Of a DNA stretch of 64,000 nt, positions 41,601-48,694 are shown piece by piece. Numbering within the stretch: the first letter of the stretch is position 1; the number at the start of each line of letters is the position of its first letter. Under the pieces are notes generated by a model. The model was not told the DNA's origin. It saw only the letters and a list, made by a program, of their open reading frames with translations, and did no database searches. Source of the DNA: Nocardioides sp. (lineage in GTDB: Bacteria; Actinomycetota; Actinomycetes; Propionibacteriales; Nocardioidaceae); contig PBYI01000034.1 in assembly GCA_002729525.1 (NCBI GenBank), positions 17,854 to 81,853 of the forward strand, read 5' to 3'. Position numbers and translations under genes: made by a program.

Positions 41601-42094
41601 CCGCCGGCGAGCGCGGCCAGCGCGGCCGCGGGCGGGTCGGCCAGGTCGAGGGCGGGCGTGGCCCGGTCGCCGGTCGTCCGGACGGCCGAGACCAGCCGGC
41701 ACAGGGCCGCCCACCCGGCCCGTCCCCCGCCGGGGCCGTCGGACGTGGCGAGGACGGTCACCCGGGGCAGCCCACCCGCCTCGAGCGGGAGATCGCGGAA
41801 GGCGCCACCCCGGGCGGGTGCCGGCCGGCGCCGCTGCGCCCGCGACGGAGCCCGGGGCACCCGACCGTCGGGCAGCGGGCGGTAGGCCAGACGGACCCCC
41901 AGCACCGGACGCACACCGGCCGCCTCGCACGCCCGGGCGAACCGCACCGCGCCGTAGGTGCCGTCGCGGTCGGTGAGCGCCAGGACGTCGAGCCCGAGGT
42001 CCGCCGCCCGACCGACCAGGGCCTCGGGGTGCGACACGCCGTACCGCATCGACCAGCCCGAGCTCACGTGCAGGTGCGGGAAGGCGGGCGGCAC
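38690..42094 (-). CDS. dnaE2: Error-prone DNA polymerase DnaE2 (ImuC)
   Basis: 1134 aa. N-terminus VPPAFPHLHVSSGWSMRYGVSHPEALVGRAADLGLDVLALTDRDG (degenerate PHP domain) with a Pol III alpha core (GSGAGSILTYLLGISGVDP, PDIDLDVE). The GTG at 42094 has a GAAGGAG Shine-Dalgarno. Confidence 0.93.
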   Translation of the reverse strand: MPPAFPHLHVSSGWSMRYGVSHPEALVGRAADLGLDVLALTDRDGTYGAVRFARACEAAGVRPVLGVRLAYRPLPDGRVPRAPSRAQRRRPAPARGGAFRDLPLEAGGLPRVTVLATSDGPGGGRAGWAALCRLVSAVRTTGDRATPALDLADPPAAALAALAGGALVVLLGPDSVLGPAVRARRDDQARAEVDAWRALVPAGRLRVEVVSHRAPVDADGSWGSGSVPHARRTLALAAALGLTAVLTNAVRYAGRSDAAVADVLDADRRLVVLHRRHLERRNAEAHLKSSAAMTEVAAEVAGAEAAGLLAATRDLAERCVLDPRADLGLGEMHVPEHDPVVGSADAVLRARCEAAVGDRYGSAPRQVVWKRLDDELVLVRDLGCAAYFLAVADVTDLVRSLGVRCAARGSGAGSILTYLLGISGVDPVRHGLLVERFLSPRRRALPDIDLDVESARRDEVYDAVLAHFGADRCVCVSMTDTYRVRHAVRAVGGAFGLPVGEVDALAKGFPRVRARDARAVLGSLPELRALGVDEQRLQVLLALTERLDGLPRHVSVHPCGVLLSDATLLDRTPVERSAAGYPMSQFDKDDVEHLGLLKLDLLGIRMQSAMAHAVTEVRRTTGTAIDLDDRTQVPLDDPATYALISSARTLGVFQLESPGQRELVGRSGIEDLDDVVADISLFRPGPVQSDMVTPYLEAKQGWRLPQYAHPDLRPVLAETRGVVVYHEQVIRILAELSGTSYAEADQRRRELATEEGREAVRRWWCPLVRSRGYPEEMVEGVWATLAAFGSFGFCKAHAAAFALTTYHSAWLKTHWPAHFLAGVLTHDPGMYPKRLLLEEARRLDVAVLGLDVNASGREFLVEPVDDGWGVRVALADVRGISDDELDRVLAHRPYVSLADLWQRARPTRPVAERLVLAGGLDSVHGLRPGDGVRRRGGTTRRDLLLQVAGLDRGRTAAGHPTLDLPVGAQHDGPSGLPELTAAETTAAELEVLGLDVSRHVVDEHARLLKALDVVRSRDLLAQRPRAEVLVAGVEVATQSPPLRSGRRVVFVTLDDATGPVDVTFFADALEQCGRTVLDATALLVRGVLRRTGHRGVSVRATGAWDLAVIHELWRALGTAHVLGLLERTPRPERR

Positions 42095-42180
42095 GAGGGC
42101 GCTCCTTCGGACGGCGGGTGAGCAGGCCGGGCGTCCGGATCGGGGACGGGCGGGTGCTGGCGGGGTGCTGGCGGGTGCGG

Positions 42181-42642
42181 TCAGGACACGTGGCGCGCCA
42201 GCCGCTCCGGCGCGGCGGCGTGCTCGACGAGGCCGAGGCGCCGCTCGACGACCGCGAGGAACCGGTCGGCGTCGCGGACCAGGTCGTCGGCCTCCCGCTC
42301 GCTGACCGCCGTGGTGGACCCGGCTTCCGCGGCGGCCCGCTTGCCGGCACCGGCGGCGAAGAACGACGCCCACTCCGCCAGCTCGGGGGCGACCTCGGCG
42401 AGCAGCACCCAGGCGTTGGTCTGGCGCCGTCCGCGCACGGGAGCCGGACGGGCACGCGCCGCGAGCAGGGCGGCGGCGGCCCGCAGCGCGGCGACGTGCG
42501 CGCAGGCGTAGCGCGTCGGCACATCGGTGGCGGCGACGGCCTCGGCCAGCGACTCCGCCGCCCGCCCGAGGTAGGAGTGTGTGGTGGCGGGGAGGCTGCA
42601 GGGACCGGCGAGGTCGTCGGCGCGGAAGAGGGGCTCGGTCAT
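42181..42642 (-). CDS. Small all-alpha protein, recalled as the SAV_6107-type HEPN-domain family
   Basis: MTEPLFRADD...RYACAHVAALRAAAALLAARARP...NAWVLLAEVAPELAEWASFFAAGAGKRAAAEAG...EREADDLVRDADRFL. An AGGAG Shine-Dalgarno precedes the ATG at 42642. The family name is from memory. Confidence 0.6.
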   Translation of the reverse strand: MTEPLFRADDLAGPCSLPATTHSYLGRAAESLAEAVAATDVPTRYACAHVAALRAAAALLAARARPAPVRGRRQTNAWVLLAEVAPELAEWASFFAAGAGKRAAAEAGSTTAVSEREADDLVRDADRFLAVVERRLGLVEHAAAPERLARHVS

Positions 42643-42703
42643 CGGGGTCTCCTGGGGTCGGAGGTCGGGCTCGCTGGGTGGGAGGGACGTCGGCCGCGAG
42701 GCG

Positions 42704-43111
42704 TCAGTCGTGGCAGGCCTCGAGGACCCAGTGGCCCTCGGCGGGGTCGAGCACGAGGTCGAACACGCCCTCGCCGAGCGCGCCACCGAGCGCACCGCGG
42801 CCGGCCCGGACCCGCCAGACCTCCCGCTCGGCGAGCAGGTCGGGCAGCTCGGGAAGGTCGGGAAGGTCGGGAAGGTCGGGAACGCCCGGCCGGTCGGGGA
42901 GGGCCCGCACGTCGTCAGCGACCGAGGACCCGCCGCCGACGGCGGCCGCACTGAGGGCGGGCGCCACCGCGTGCTCCCACCAGGCGCCGGTCTCCACCCA
43001 GCGCGCGACGACCTCGCGCACCGACCACAGCCGCTCGCGCCACACGAAGTGCGCCGGCTCGCCGGCCGCGCCGTCGCGCCGGACCTGCACCTGCTCGTCG
43101 TACCTGCGCAC
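42704..43111 (-). CDS. DUF6504-like small protein with an internal PDL repeat
   Basis: ...AGEPAHFVWRERLWSVREVVARWVETGAWWEH...EREVWRVRAG...GVFDLVLDPAEGHWVLEACHD. The GTG at 43111 has a GGGAGG Shine-Dalgarno. The longest ORF start is 43141. The family name is from memory. Confidence 0.55.
   Translation of the reverse strand: MRRYDEQVQVRRDGAAGEPAHFVWRERLWSVREVVARWVETGAWWEHAVAPALSAAAVGGGSSVADDVRALPDRPGVPDLPDLPDLPELPDLLAEREVWRVRAGRGALGGALGEGVFDLVLDPAEGHWVLEACHD
42842..42886. repeat. In-frame 9-bp tandem repeat (GGGAAGGTC x3 perfect, flanked by two degenerate units) encoding (PDL)n
   Basis: Direct reading: 42851-42859, 42860-42868 and 42869-42877 are identical. Confidence 0.85.
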
Positions 43112-43203
43112 CTGCTGCCTCCCGGAGCCGTCGGGTCCCACCGCGTCGCGGTGGTCGCCAGTCCCGACGGGACGGGGTCGAGGCGCCCCGCCGAGTCCGG
43201 CGT

Positions 43204-43219
43204 TCGAACACGTGTTCGA
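43204..43219. promoter_or_regulatory. Perfect actinobacterial LexA SOS box TCGAAC-ACGT-GTTCGA
   Basis: Exact 16-bp palindrome matching the mycobacterial/actinobacterial consensus TCGAAC-N4-GTTCGA. On the sense strand it lies 8 nt downstream of a TTGACG-N19-TACCTT promoter-like pair, upstream of DUF6504/HEPN/dnaE2. Confidence 0.8.
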
Positions 43220-43284
43220 ACGACTCGAAGGTACACCGCCTCACCGGTACGCCGTCAAGGGCGCACCGGGCGGGTCGGACGGGG

Positions 43285-43761
43285 TCAGGCGACCGGCGTG
43301 CCCTCGTCGGCACCGGAGCGCGGACGCCGCTTCCACGCCGTGACGTGGCAGGTCGTGCCGGGCCGGTAGAGCGCGACCAGGAGCGCGGCGTCGAGCAGCC
43401 AGAAGACGACCCCGAGGGCGACGAACGGCGCCGGCGGCGAGACCCGCAGCGCGGAGGCCACCACCACGGCGGAGAGCACACCGGCCGCGGCGATGCAGTG
43501 CCGCGCCCAGTTGTGCCCGCCGCGCAGGAAGGTCACCAGCACGAGCAGCAGCACCGACACCACCAGGCACAGCACCACCGCGACGGGCAGGTAGGAGGCC
43601 GGCACCCGGGTGTCGTCGGCCGAGAGGCCCTCGCCACCCGTCCACGCCTCCACGAGCTCGGCGTCGAAGACGACCGCCAGCGCGGTGACGACGACCGCCA
43701 GCAGCACCATGACCAGGACCAGGCGGACCGCCCAGGTGACCGAGCGGGGTCTGTCGACCAT
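43285..43761 (-). CDS. Four-TM membrane protein of unknown function
   Basis: MVDRPRSVTWAVRLVLVMVLLAVVV... The ATG at 43761 has a GGAGGAGGAG Shine-Dalgarno 8 nt upstream. Confidence 0.6.
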   Translation of the reverse strand: MVDRPRSVTWAVRLVLVMVLLAVVVTALAVVFDAELVEAWTGGEGLSADDTRVPASYLPVAVVLCLVVSVLLLVLVTFLRGGHNWARHCIAAAGVLSAVVVASALRVSPPAPFVALGVVFWLLDAALLVALYRPGTTCHVTAWKRRPRSGADEGTPVA

Positions 43762-43949
43762 CGTGCGGGCTCCTCCTCCACTGCCGGCAGCACTGCCGGC
43801 TCCGACGCCGGTCGGGGGTCCGGCGGTGCCCACAGACTAGTGGCGCCGCCCCGACGCCCCGGGGCGGGCCGGGCACAGGCTGGACACAGGCGGGGGCGTC
43901 GACGAAACCGCGTCCCGGGCCGTCGGCGCGCCCCACTAGGGTCGCGGCC

Positions 43950-44456
43950 ATGAGCGACACCGACGCCGCCCGACGCGAGGAGCAGGTGCTGGCGCACCCC
44001 TCGGTCGTCCGCTTCCGCGACGAGCACGCCCGCCGCGGGGGTCACGGCGAGGTCGTGGTGCTGCCCGACGCGGTGCACACCGCCGCCCTGGCCGCCGACG
44101 CGCTCGGGTGCGAGGTCGGGGCGATCGCCAACAGCCTGGTGTTCGACGCCGCCGGCGCACCGGTGCTCCTGCTCACCTCCGGGGAGCACCGGGTCGACAC
44201 CGGTGCCGTCGCCGAGCGGCTGGGGGTCGAGCGGCTGGACCGGGCCTCGAAGGAGTTCGTCCGCACCCACACCGGCCAGGTCATCGGCGGCGTGTCCCCG
44301 CTCGGCCACCCCGCGCCCGTGCCGACCTACCTCGACCCGTGGCTGGCCCGCCACCCGGTCGTGTGGGCGGCCGCGGGACACCCGGCCACCGTGATCCCGA
44401 CGACCCACGAAGAGCTGCTCGCGCTGACCGGCGCGACGCCGCTCGACGTGGTCTGA
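43950..44456 (+). CDS. YbaK/ProX-type aminoacyl-tRNA trans-editing domain protein (second paralog in the window)
   Basis: ...AIANSLVFDAAGAPVLLLTSGEHRVD...TGQVIGGVSPLGHP. The ATG is preceded by TAGGGT (43937-43942) with a 7-nt spacer. Confidence 0.8.
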   Translation: MSDTDAARREEQVLAHPSVVRFRDEHARRGGHGEVVVLPDAVHTAALAADALGCEVGAIANSLVFDAAGAPVLLLTSGEHRVDTGAVAERLGVERLDRASKEFVRTHTGQVIGGVSPLGHPAPVPTYLDPWLARHPVVWAAAGHPATVIPTTHEELLALTGATPLDVV

Positions 44457-44465
44457 GGGGGCAGC

Positions 44466-45785
44466 GTGGCACGCGCGGTCGTCGTCGGCGCCGGATTCGG
44501 TGGCCTGGCCGCCGCACTGCGGCTCGCCAAGCTCGGGCACACCGTCACCCTGGTCGACTCCGACCACGAGCTCGGCGGCGCGCTGCGCCCGGTCGTGCAG
44601 GACGGCTTCACATGGGACGGCGGACCGTCGTACACCGGGGTGCCGGCGGTGGTGCGCGACCTGTTCCGCAAGACCGGTCGGCCCCTGGAGGCCGAGATCG
44701 GGTCCGACCTCGAGCCGCTGCCGGTGGTGCGCGAGCACCGGTTCGTCGACGGCACGACCCTGGTCCTGCCGCCCGGGCGGCGCCCGCAGCGCGACGCGGT
44801 CGAGGAGCTGGCGCCCGGCGACGGCGGACGGTGGGACGAGCACGTGCAGTCGTACGCCGCCACCTGGGAGCTGCTGCGGCGCCACTACTTCGAGGAGCCC
44901 TGGCAGCGCGACGCCCTGCCCCGCGAGGTGTCGGCCGTGCTCGACGCCCGCGGCGACCTCCGCAAGCGGCTGCGCCGTACCTTCCGTGACGACCGGTTCG
45001 TGGACGCACTGGCGCACCGGCACCGCGCCGAGGGCCACGACCTGCGCGACGTGCCCCCGTGGGCGGGCCTCGACGCCTACCTCGAGCAGCTCTTCGGGCT
45101 GTGGCGGATGCCGGGCGGCATGCACGTGCTGCGCGACCTGCTGGTCGACCGCCTCGCGACCCGCGGGGTCGAGGTCGCGGCCGGCACCGACGTGCTCGAC
45201 GTGGCGGTGCGCGACGGCCGGGCGGTCGGCGTACGCACCACGGGCGGCGACCTGGACGCCGACGTCGTCGTCTGCGCCGTCGACCCGCGCCGCCTGCCGG
45301 TGCTGCGCCGCTACGTCGAGCGCACGCTGGTGGCCCTCCCGCCGCTGGTCGTGCACCTCGGTCTCGTCGGCACGCCCGGGGTCGAGATGCCCGACCTCGC
45401 GCACGAGACGGTGCTGCACGGTGACTCGCCACTGGTGGTCCGCACCGGGGGCACGGCGCCCGAGGGGCACGTCACCTGGACCCTGCACGCCCACGGTCGC
45501 ACGGCCGAGGACCTCGCCGTCACCCTCGCCCGCGCCGGCATCGACGTCCGCGACCGGATCGTCACCCGGGTCGACCTGTCACCGCGCGACCTGGTGGAGC
45601 GGTGGCACGGCACGCCCAACGGCGTCCTGTGGGGCGGACGCCGCACGGTCCGTCAACGGCTGGGGCCCGACACCCCGGTGCCAGGCGTGCTCGCGGTCGG
45701 CGCGCACGCCACCCCCGGCGCCGGGCTGCCGTACGTCGGGCTGTCGGCCGCCCTGGCCGCGACCGTCGTCGGCCCGGCCTCCTGA
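44466..45785 (+). CDS. FAD-dependent oxidoreductase of the phytoene desaturase (CrtI-like) family
   Basis: MARAVVVGAGFGGLAAALRLAKLGHTVTLVDSDHELGG is a Rossmann dinucleotide motif. 439 aa. Confidence 0.8.
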   Translation: MARAVVVGAGFGGLAAALRLAKLGHTVTLVDSDHELGGALRPVVQDGFTWDGGPSYTGVPAVVRDLFRKTGRPLEAEIGSDLEPLPVVREHRFVDGTTLVLPPGRRPQRDAVEELAPGDGGRWDEHVQSYAATWELLRRHYFEEPWQRDALPREVSAVLDARGDLRKRLRRTFRDDRFVDALAHRHRAEGHDLRDVPPWAGLDAYLEQLFGLWRMPGGMHVLRDLLVDRLATRGVEVAAGTDVLDVAVRDGRAVGVRTTGGDLDADVVVCAVDPRRLPVLRRYVERTLVALPPLVVHLGLVGTPGVEMPDLAHETVLHGDSPLVVRTGGTAPEGHVTWTLHAHGRTAEDLAVTLARAGIDVRDRIVTRVDLSPRDLVERWHGTPNGVLWGGRRTVRQRLGPDTPVPGVLAVGAHATPGAGLPYVGLSAALAATVVGPAS

Positions 45786-45798
45786 CCGCCGCTCGGAC

Positions 45799-45826
45799 CG
45801 ACCCGTCGTCGATGTACGACGGGTCG
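45799..45826. terminator. Bidirectional terminator-like hairpin between convergent genes
   Basis: CGACCCGTCGT-CGATGT-ACGACGGGTCG: a perfect 11-bp stem. Confidence 0.6.
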
Positions 45827-45860
45827 ACGCGGACGGGGTGTCCTGGTCCGCCGATCCGGC

Positions 45861-46751
45861 TCAGGCCGGGCCGAGTGAGAGCCGCTCGAAGATCTCCAGC
45901 GTCGCCCGCGACCGGTTGAGCGTGTAGAAGTGCAGGCCCGGGGCGCCGGCGTCGAGGAGCTCCTGGCACAGCTCGGCGGCGATGGCGATGCCCTCCTCGC
46001 GGATGCGCGCCCTGTCGTCGTACTGCGAGAGGCGCTCGACCACCTCGGCCGGCACGGCGGTGCCGATCAGCTCGCCCTGGCGCTCGATCGCGGCGAGGGT
46101 GAGGATCGGCATGATCCCGGGCAGCACCGGCATGTCGCAGCCGCGCTCGCGCAGCCGCTGCACCAGGTCGACGTAGTCGGAGGCCCGGAAGAACATCTGG
46201 GTGACGGCGAACTCTGCGCCCGCCTGGTGCTTGGCGGCGAGCACGTCGGCGTCGGCATCGAGGGAGTCGGCGAGCACGTGGCCCTCGGGGAAGGCCGCGA
46301 CCCCGATCCGGAAGTCGCCGCGCGAGCGGGCCAGCTCGACCAGCTCGGAGGCGTAGGTGAGACCGCCCTCGGTGGGGGTCCACGGGGCCTGCGGGCCGTC
46401 GGGCGGGTCGCCGCGCAGCGCCATCAGGTGGTGCACGCCGGCCTCGACGTAGGAGTCGAGGATCTTCTGGAGCTCCTCGACGGTGTGCCCGACGCAGGTG
46501 AGGTGCGCCATCGGCGTGAGCGAGGTCTCACGGGCGATCCGACCGGTGATCTCGACGGTCTTGTCGCGCGTCGAGCCGCCCGCGCCGTACGTCACCGAGA
46601 CGAAGGTCGGGGCGTAGGGCTCCAGGTCGTTGATGGCCTTCCAGAGCTGCTCGGCGCCGGCCTCGTCCTTCGGCGGGAAGAACTCGAACGAGATCGACCG
46701 CTCCCCCGCACCCAGGAGCTCGGCCATGCTGCGTCCGCGACCCGACACCAT
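45861..46751 (-). CDS. metF: Methylenetetrahydrofolate reductase
   Basis: ...SFEFFPPKDEAGAEQLW...FVSVTYGAGGSTRDKT...HLTCVGH. The ATG at 46751 is preceded by TACTGT (46759-46764 on the minus strand) with a 7-nt spacer. Confidence 0.9.
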   Translation of the reverse strand: MVSGRGRSMAELLGAGERSISFEFFPPKDEAGAEQLWKAINDLEPYAPTFVSVTYGAGGSTRDKTVEITGRIARETSLTPMAHLTCVGHTVEELQKILDSYVEAGVHHLMALRGDPPDGPQAPWTPTEGGLTYASELVELARSRGDFRIGVAAFPEGHVLADSLDADADVLAAKHQAGAEFAVTQMFFRASDYVDLVQRLRERGCDMPVLPGIMPILTLAAIERQGELIGTAVPAEVVERLSQYDDRARIREEGIAIAAELCQELLDAGAPGLHFYTLNRSRATLEIFERLSLGPA

Positions 46752-46824
46752 GCGCGGGACAGTAGACCGCCCGGGTCCCGGTCCCGAATCCTTGCCCGCT
46801 CCGTGAGCCCACTAGCGTGGTCGC

Positions 46825-47880
46825 GTGGGTCATCGCGAGCAGGTCTCGGCCGCACTGACGGCGTTCCTCGACGAGCGAGCGGTCGACCTCGCCCCCCTCG
46901 GGGACGACGCCGCACGGCTGCTCGAGGAGGTCCGGGCCGGCGTCGACGGCGGGAAGCGGTTCCGGGCGCTGTTCTGCGCGTGGGGCTACCGCGCCGTCGA
47001 GCCCGAGCCGATCGACCCGCAGGCGCTCGCCCGCGCCGGGGCAGCGCTGGAGATGCTGCACGCCAGCGCCCTGGTGCACGACGACCTCATGGACGGCTCG
47101 GACACCCGCCGCGGGCGCCCGGCGACCCACCGCGGCTTCGAGGCGAGGCACCGCGCCGAGGGCTGGCCGGGCGACACCTCCCGTGCCGAGCAGTACGGCG
47201 CCGCCGCGGCGATCCTCGCCGGCGACCTGATGCTGTCGTGGTCCGACCAGCTGCTGCGCACCTGCGGGCTTCCCTGGGAGCGGGTCGGCCCCGCGCTGGC
47301 GGTCTTCGACGACTGCCGCACCGAGGTCGTGGCGGGCCAGTTCCTCGACGTCTCGGTGCAGGCCCGCGGTCGCGCGGACGTCGACACCGCGATGACGGTG
47401 CTGCGCTACAAGTCGGCGAAGTACTCCGTCGAGCGGCCGCTGCACGTGGGCGCCGCCCTCGCGGGCGCCGGGCCCGCGGTGCTCGACGCCCTCACCGCCT
47501 TCGGGCTGCCGGTCGGCGAGGCGTTCCAGCTGCGCGACGACCTGCTCGGCGTCTACGGCGACCCGGCCGTCACCGGCAAGCCGGCCGGCGACGACCTGGT
47601 GGAGGGCAAGCGCACCGTGCTGGTGGCGCTCGCGCTCGAGCACGCACCGGCGGCCGACGCGGCCGTGCTCGACGCCGCGCTCGGCACCCCGCTGAGCGTG
47701 GCGGAGGTGGCTCGGCTGCGGGAGATCGTCACCGCCTCCGGCGCTCAGGCCCGGGTCGAGTCACTCATCGAGGACCTCACGGCGCGGGCGATGGACGCCC
47801 TCGCGCAAGCGCCCGTCTCGGACGTCGCCCGGGAGGCGCTGCGCGACCTGGCGGTCGCCGCCACCCAGCGCACTGTCTGA
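46825..47880 (+). CDS. Polyprenyl (geranylgeranyl-type) diphosphate synthase
   Basis: Both Asp-rich motifs are present: LVHDDLMDGSDTRRG and FQLRDDLLGVYGD. The GTG is preceded by TAGCGT (46813-46818) with a 6-nt spacer. Confidence 0.9.
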   Translation: MGHREQVSAALTAFLDERAVDLAPLGDDAARLLEEVRAGVDGGKRFRALFCAWGYRAVEPEPIDPQALARAGAALEMLHASALVHDDLMDGSDTRRGRPATHRGFEARHRAEGWPGDTSRAEQYGAAAAILAGDLMLSWSDQLLRTCGLPWERVGPALAVFDDCRTEVVAGQFLDVSVQARGRADVDTAMTVLRYKSAKYSVERPLHVGAALAGAGPAVLDALTAFGLPVGEAFQLRDDLLGVYGDPAVTGKPAGDDLVEGKRTVLVALALEHAPAADAAVLDAALGTPLSVAEVARLREIVTASGAQARVESLIEDLTARAMDALAQAPVSDVAREALRDLAVAATQRTV

Positions 47881-47929
47881 CCCGAGGCATCCCCTCGCGT
47901 GCCGTCGGGTGCCGTCGGTACGCCGGTGG

Positions 47930-48055
47930 TCAGGGCGCCGAGGACGACGCGACCTGGCTCGGCTCGGCGGGCAACGGCGCGGTCGGCGTACCGGGGTCGC
48001 CGCCGTTGATCCACCAGATCCCGACGACGATCGCGAGCGGGAGCAGCAGCGCCAT
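47930..48055 (-). CDS. Candidate 41-aa single-TM mini-protein
   Basis: MALLLPLAIVVGIWWINGGDPGTPTAPLPAEPSQVASSSAP, with high GC3. It lies downstream of the Rv2175c-like gene. No homology argument is available. Confidence 0.3.
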   Translation of the reverse strand: MALLLPLAIVVGIWWINGGDPGTPTAPLPAEPSQVASSSAP

Positions 48056-48137
48056 CGCCGAGGACGTGCGCGGTCGTGACCCGTCCTCGGGCGGTGGGAG
48101 CCGTCGGATCACCACGGGAGCACCCGCGCCGGAGCGC

Positions 48138-48545
48138 TCAGAAGCCCATCGACTGCGCGCGCCGCTTGACCTCCGAGCCGCGGTTCTCCCGCAGCGCGTC
48201 GATCGGGCGACCGGGCAGGTCGGCGTCGAGGAACAGCCAGGCGATGCACTCGCGGTCGTCGTACCCGGCGTCGTGCAGCACCGTCAGCAGGCCGGGGAGG
48301 CCCTTGACCGGCAGACCGTCCTGGAGGAACGCAGCCGGCACCCGCGGCCCGGCCCCGGGGGCGGACACCGCCGAGGCGAGCTCGTGCTCGCGGACCATCG
48401 TGCGGACCTTGGCCGGGGTGACACCGAGGACGTCGCCGGCCTCCTTCCAGTCCAGCCACTCGTCGACGACGACCGCGAGGTCGACCTCGGCGAGCGGGAC
48501 GTCGGAGGGGGCGGTGCCCGCGGACTGGCTGGTGGGCTCGCTCAT
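48138..48545 (-). CDS. Rv2175c-like winged-helix DNA-binding protein
   Basis: ...LDWKEAGDVLGVTPAKVRTMVREHELA...LLTVLHDAGYDDRECIAWLF. Divergent from a Ser/Thr kinase, as Rv2175c is from pknL in M. tuberculosis. Confidence 0.8.
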   Translation of the reverse strand: MSEPTSQSAGTAPSDVPLAEVDLAVVVDEWLDWKEAGDVLGVTPAKVRTMVREHELASAVSAPGAGPRVPAAFLQDGLPVKGLPGLLTVLHDAGYDDRECIAWLFLDADLPGRPIDALRENRGSEVKRRAQSMGF

Positions 48546-48694
48546 GGCCTCATCGTCGCACGCAGAGCACCCTCCGGGCGGGGGTGGAGGCGGCCGCGGC
48601 ACGCCGGGCGGGCTCCGCTGCCCGGCTCTGCGCGTGCACCGCCCGTACGATGGCCGTCTCCGGAACCTTCCCCTTCCGGAGCAGGAGGGTCGAC

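Noticed and set aside
42150-42180. Three approximate GCGGGTGCTG decamers upstream of dnaE2
   Set aside because: The copies are degenerate and short, and they lie in a 5' UTR-like gap. I noted them, but they are not separable from compositional bias without genome-wide statistics.
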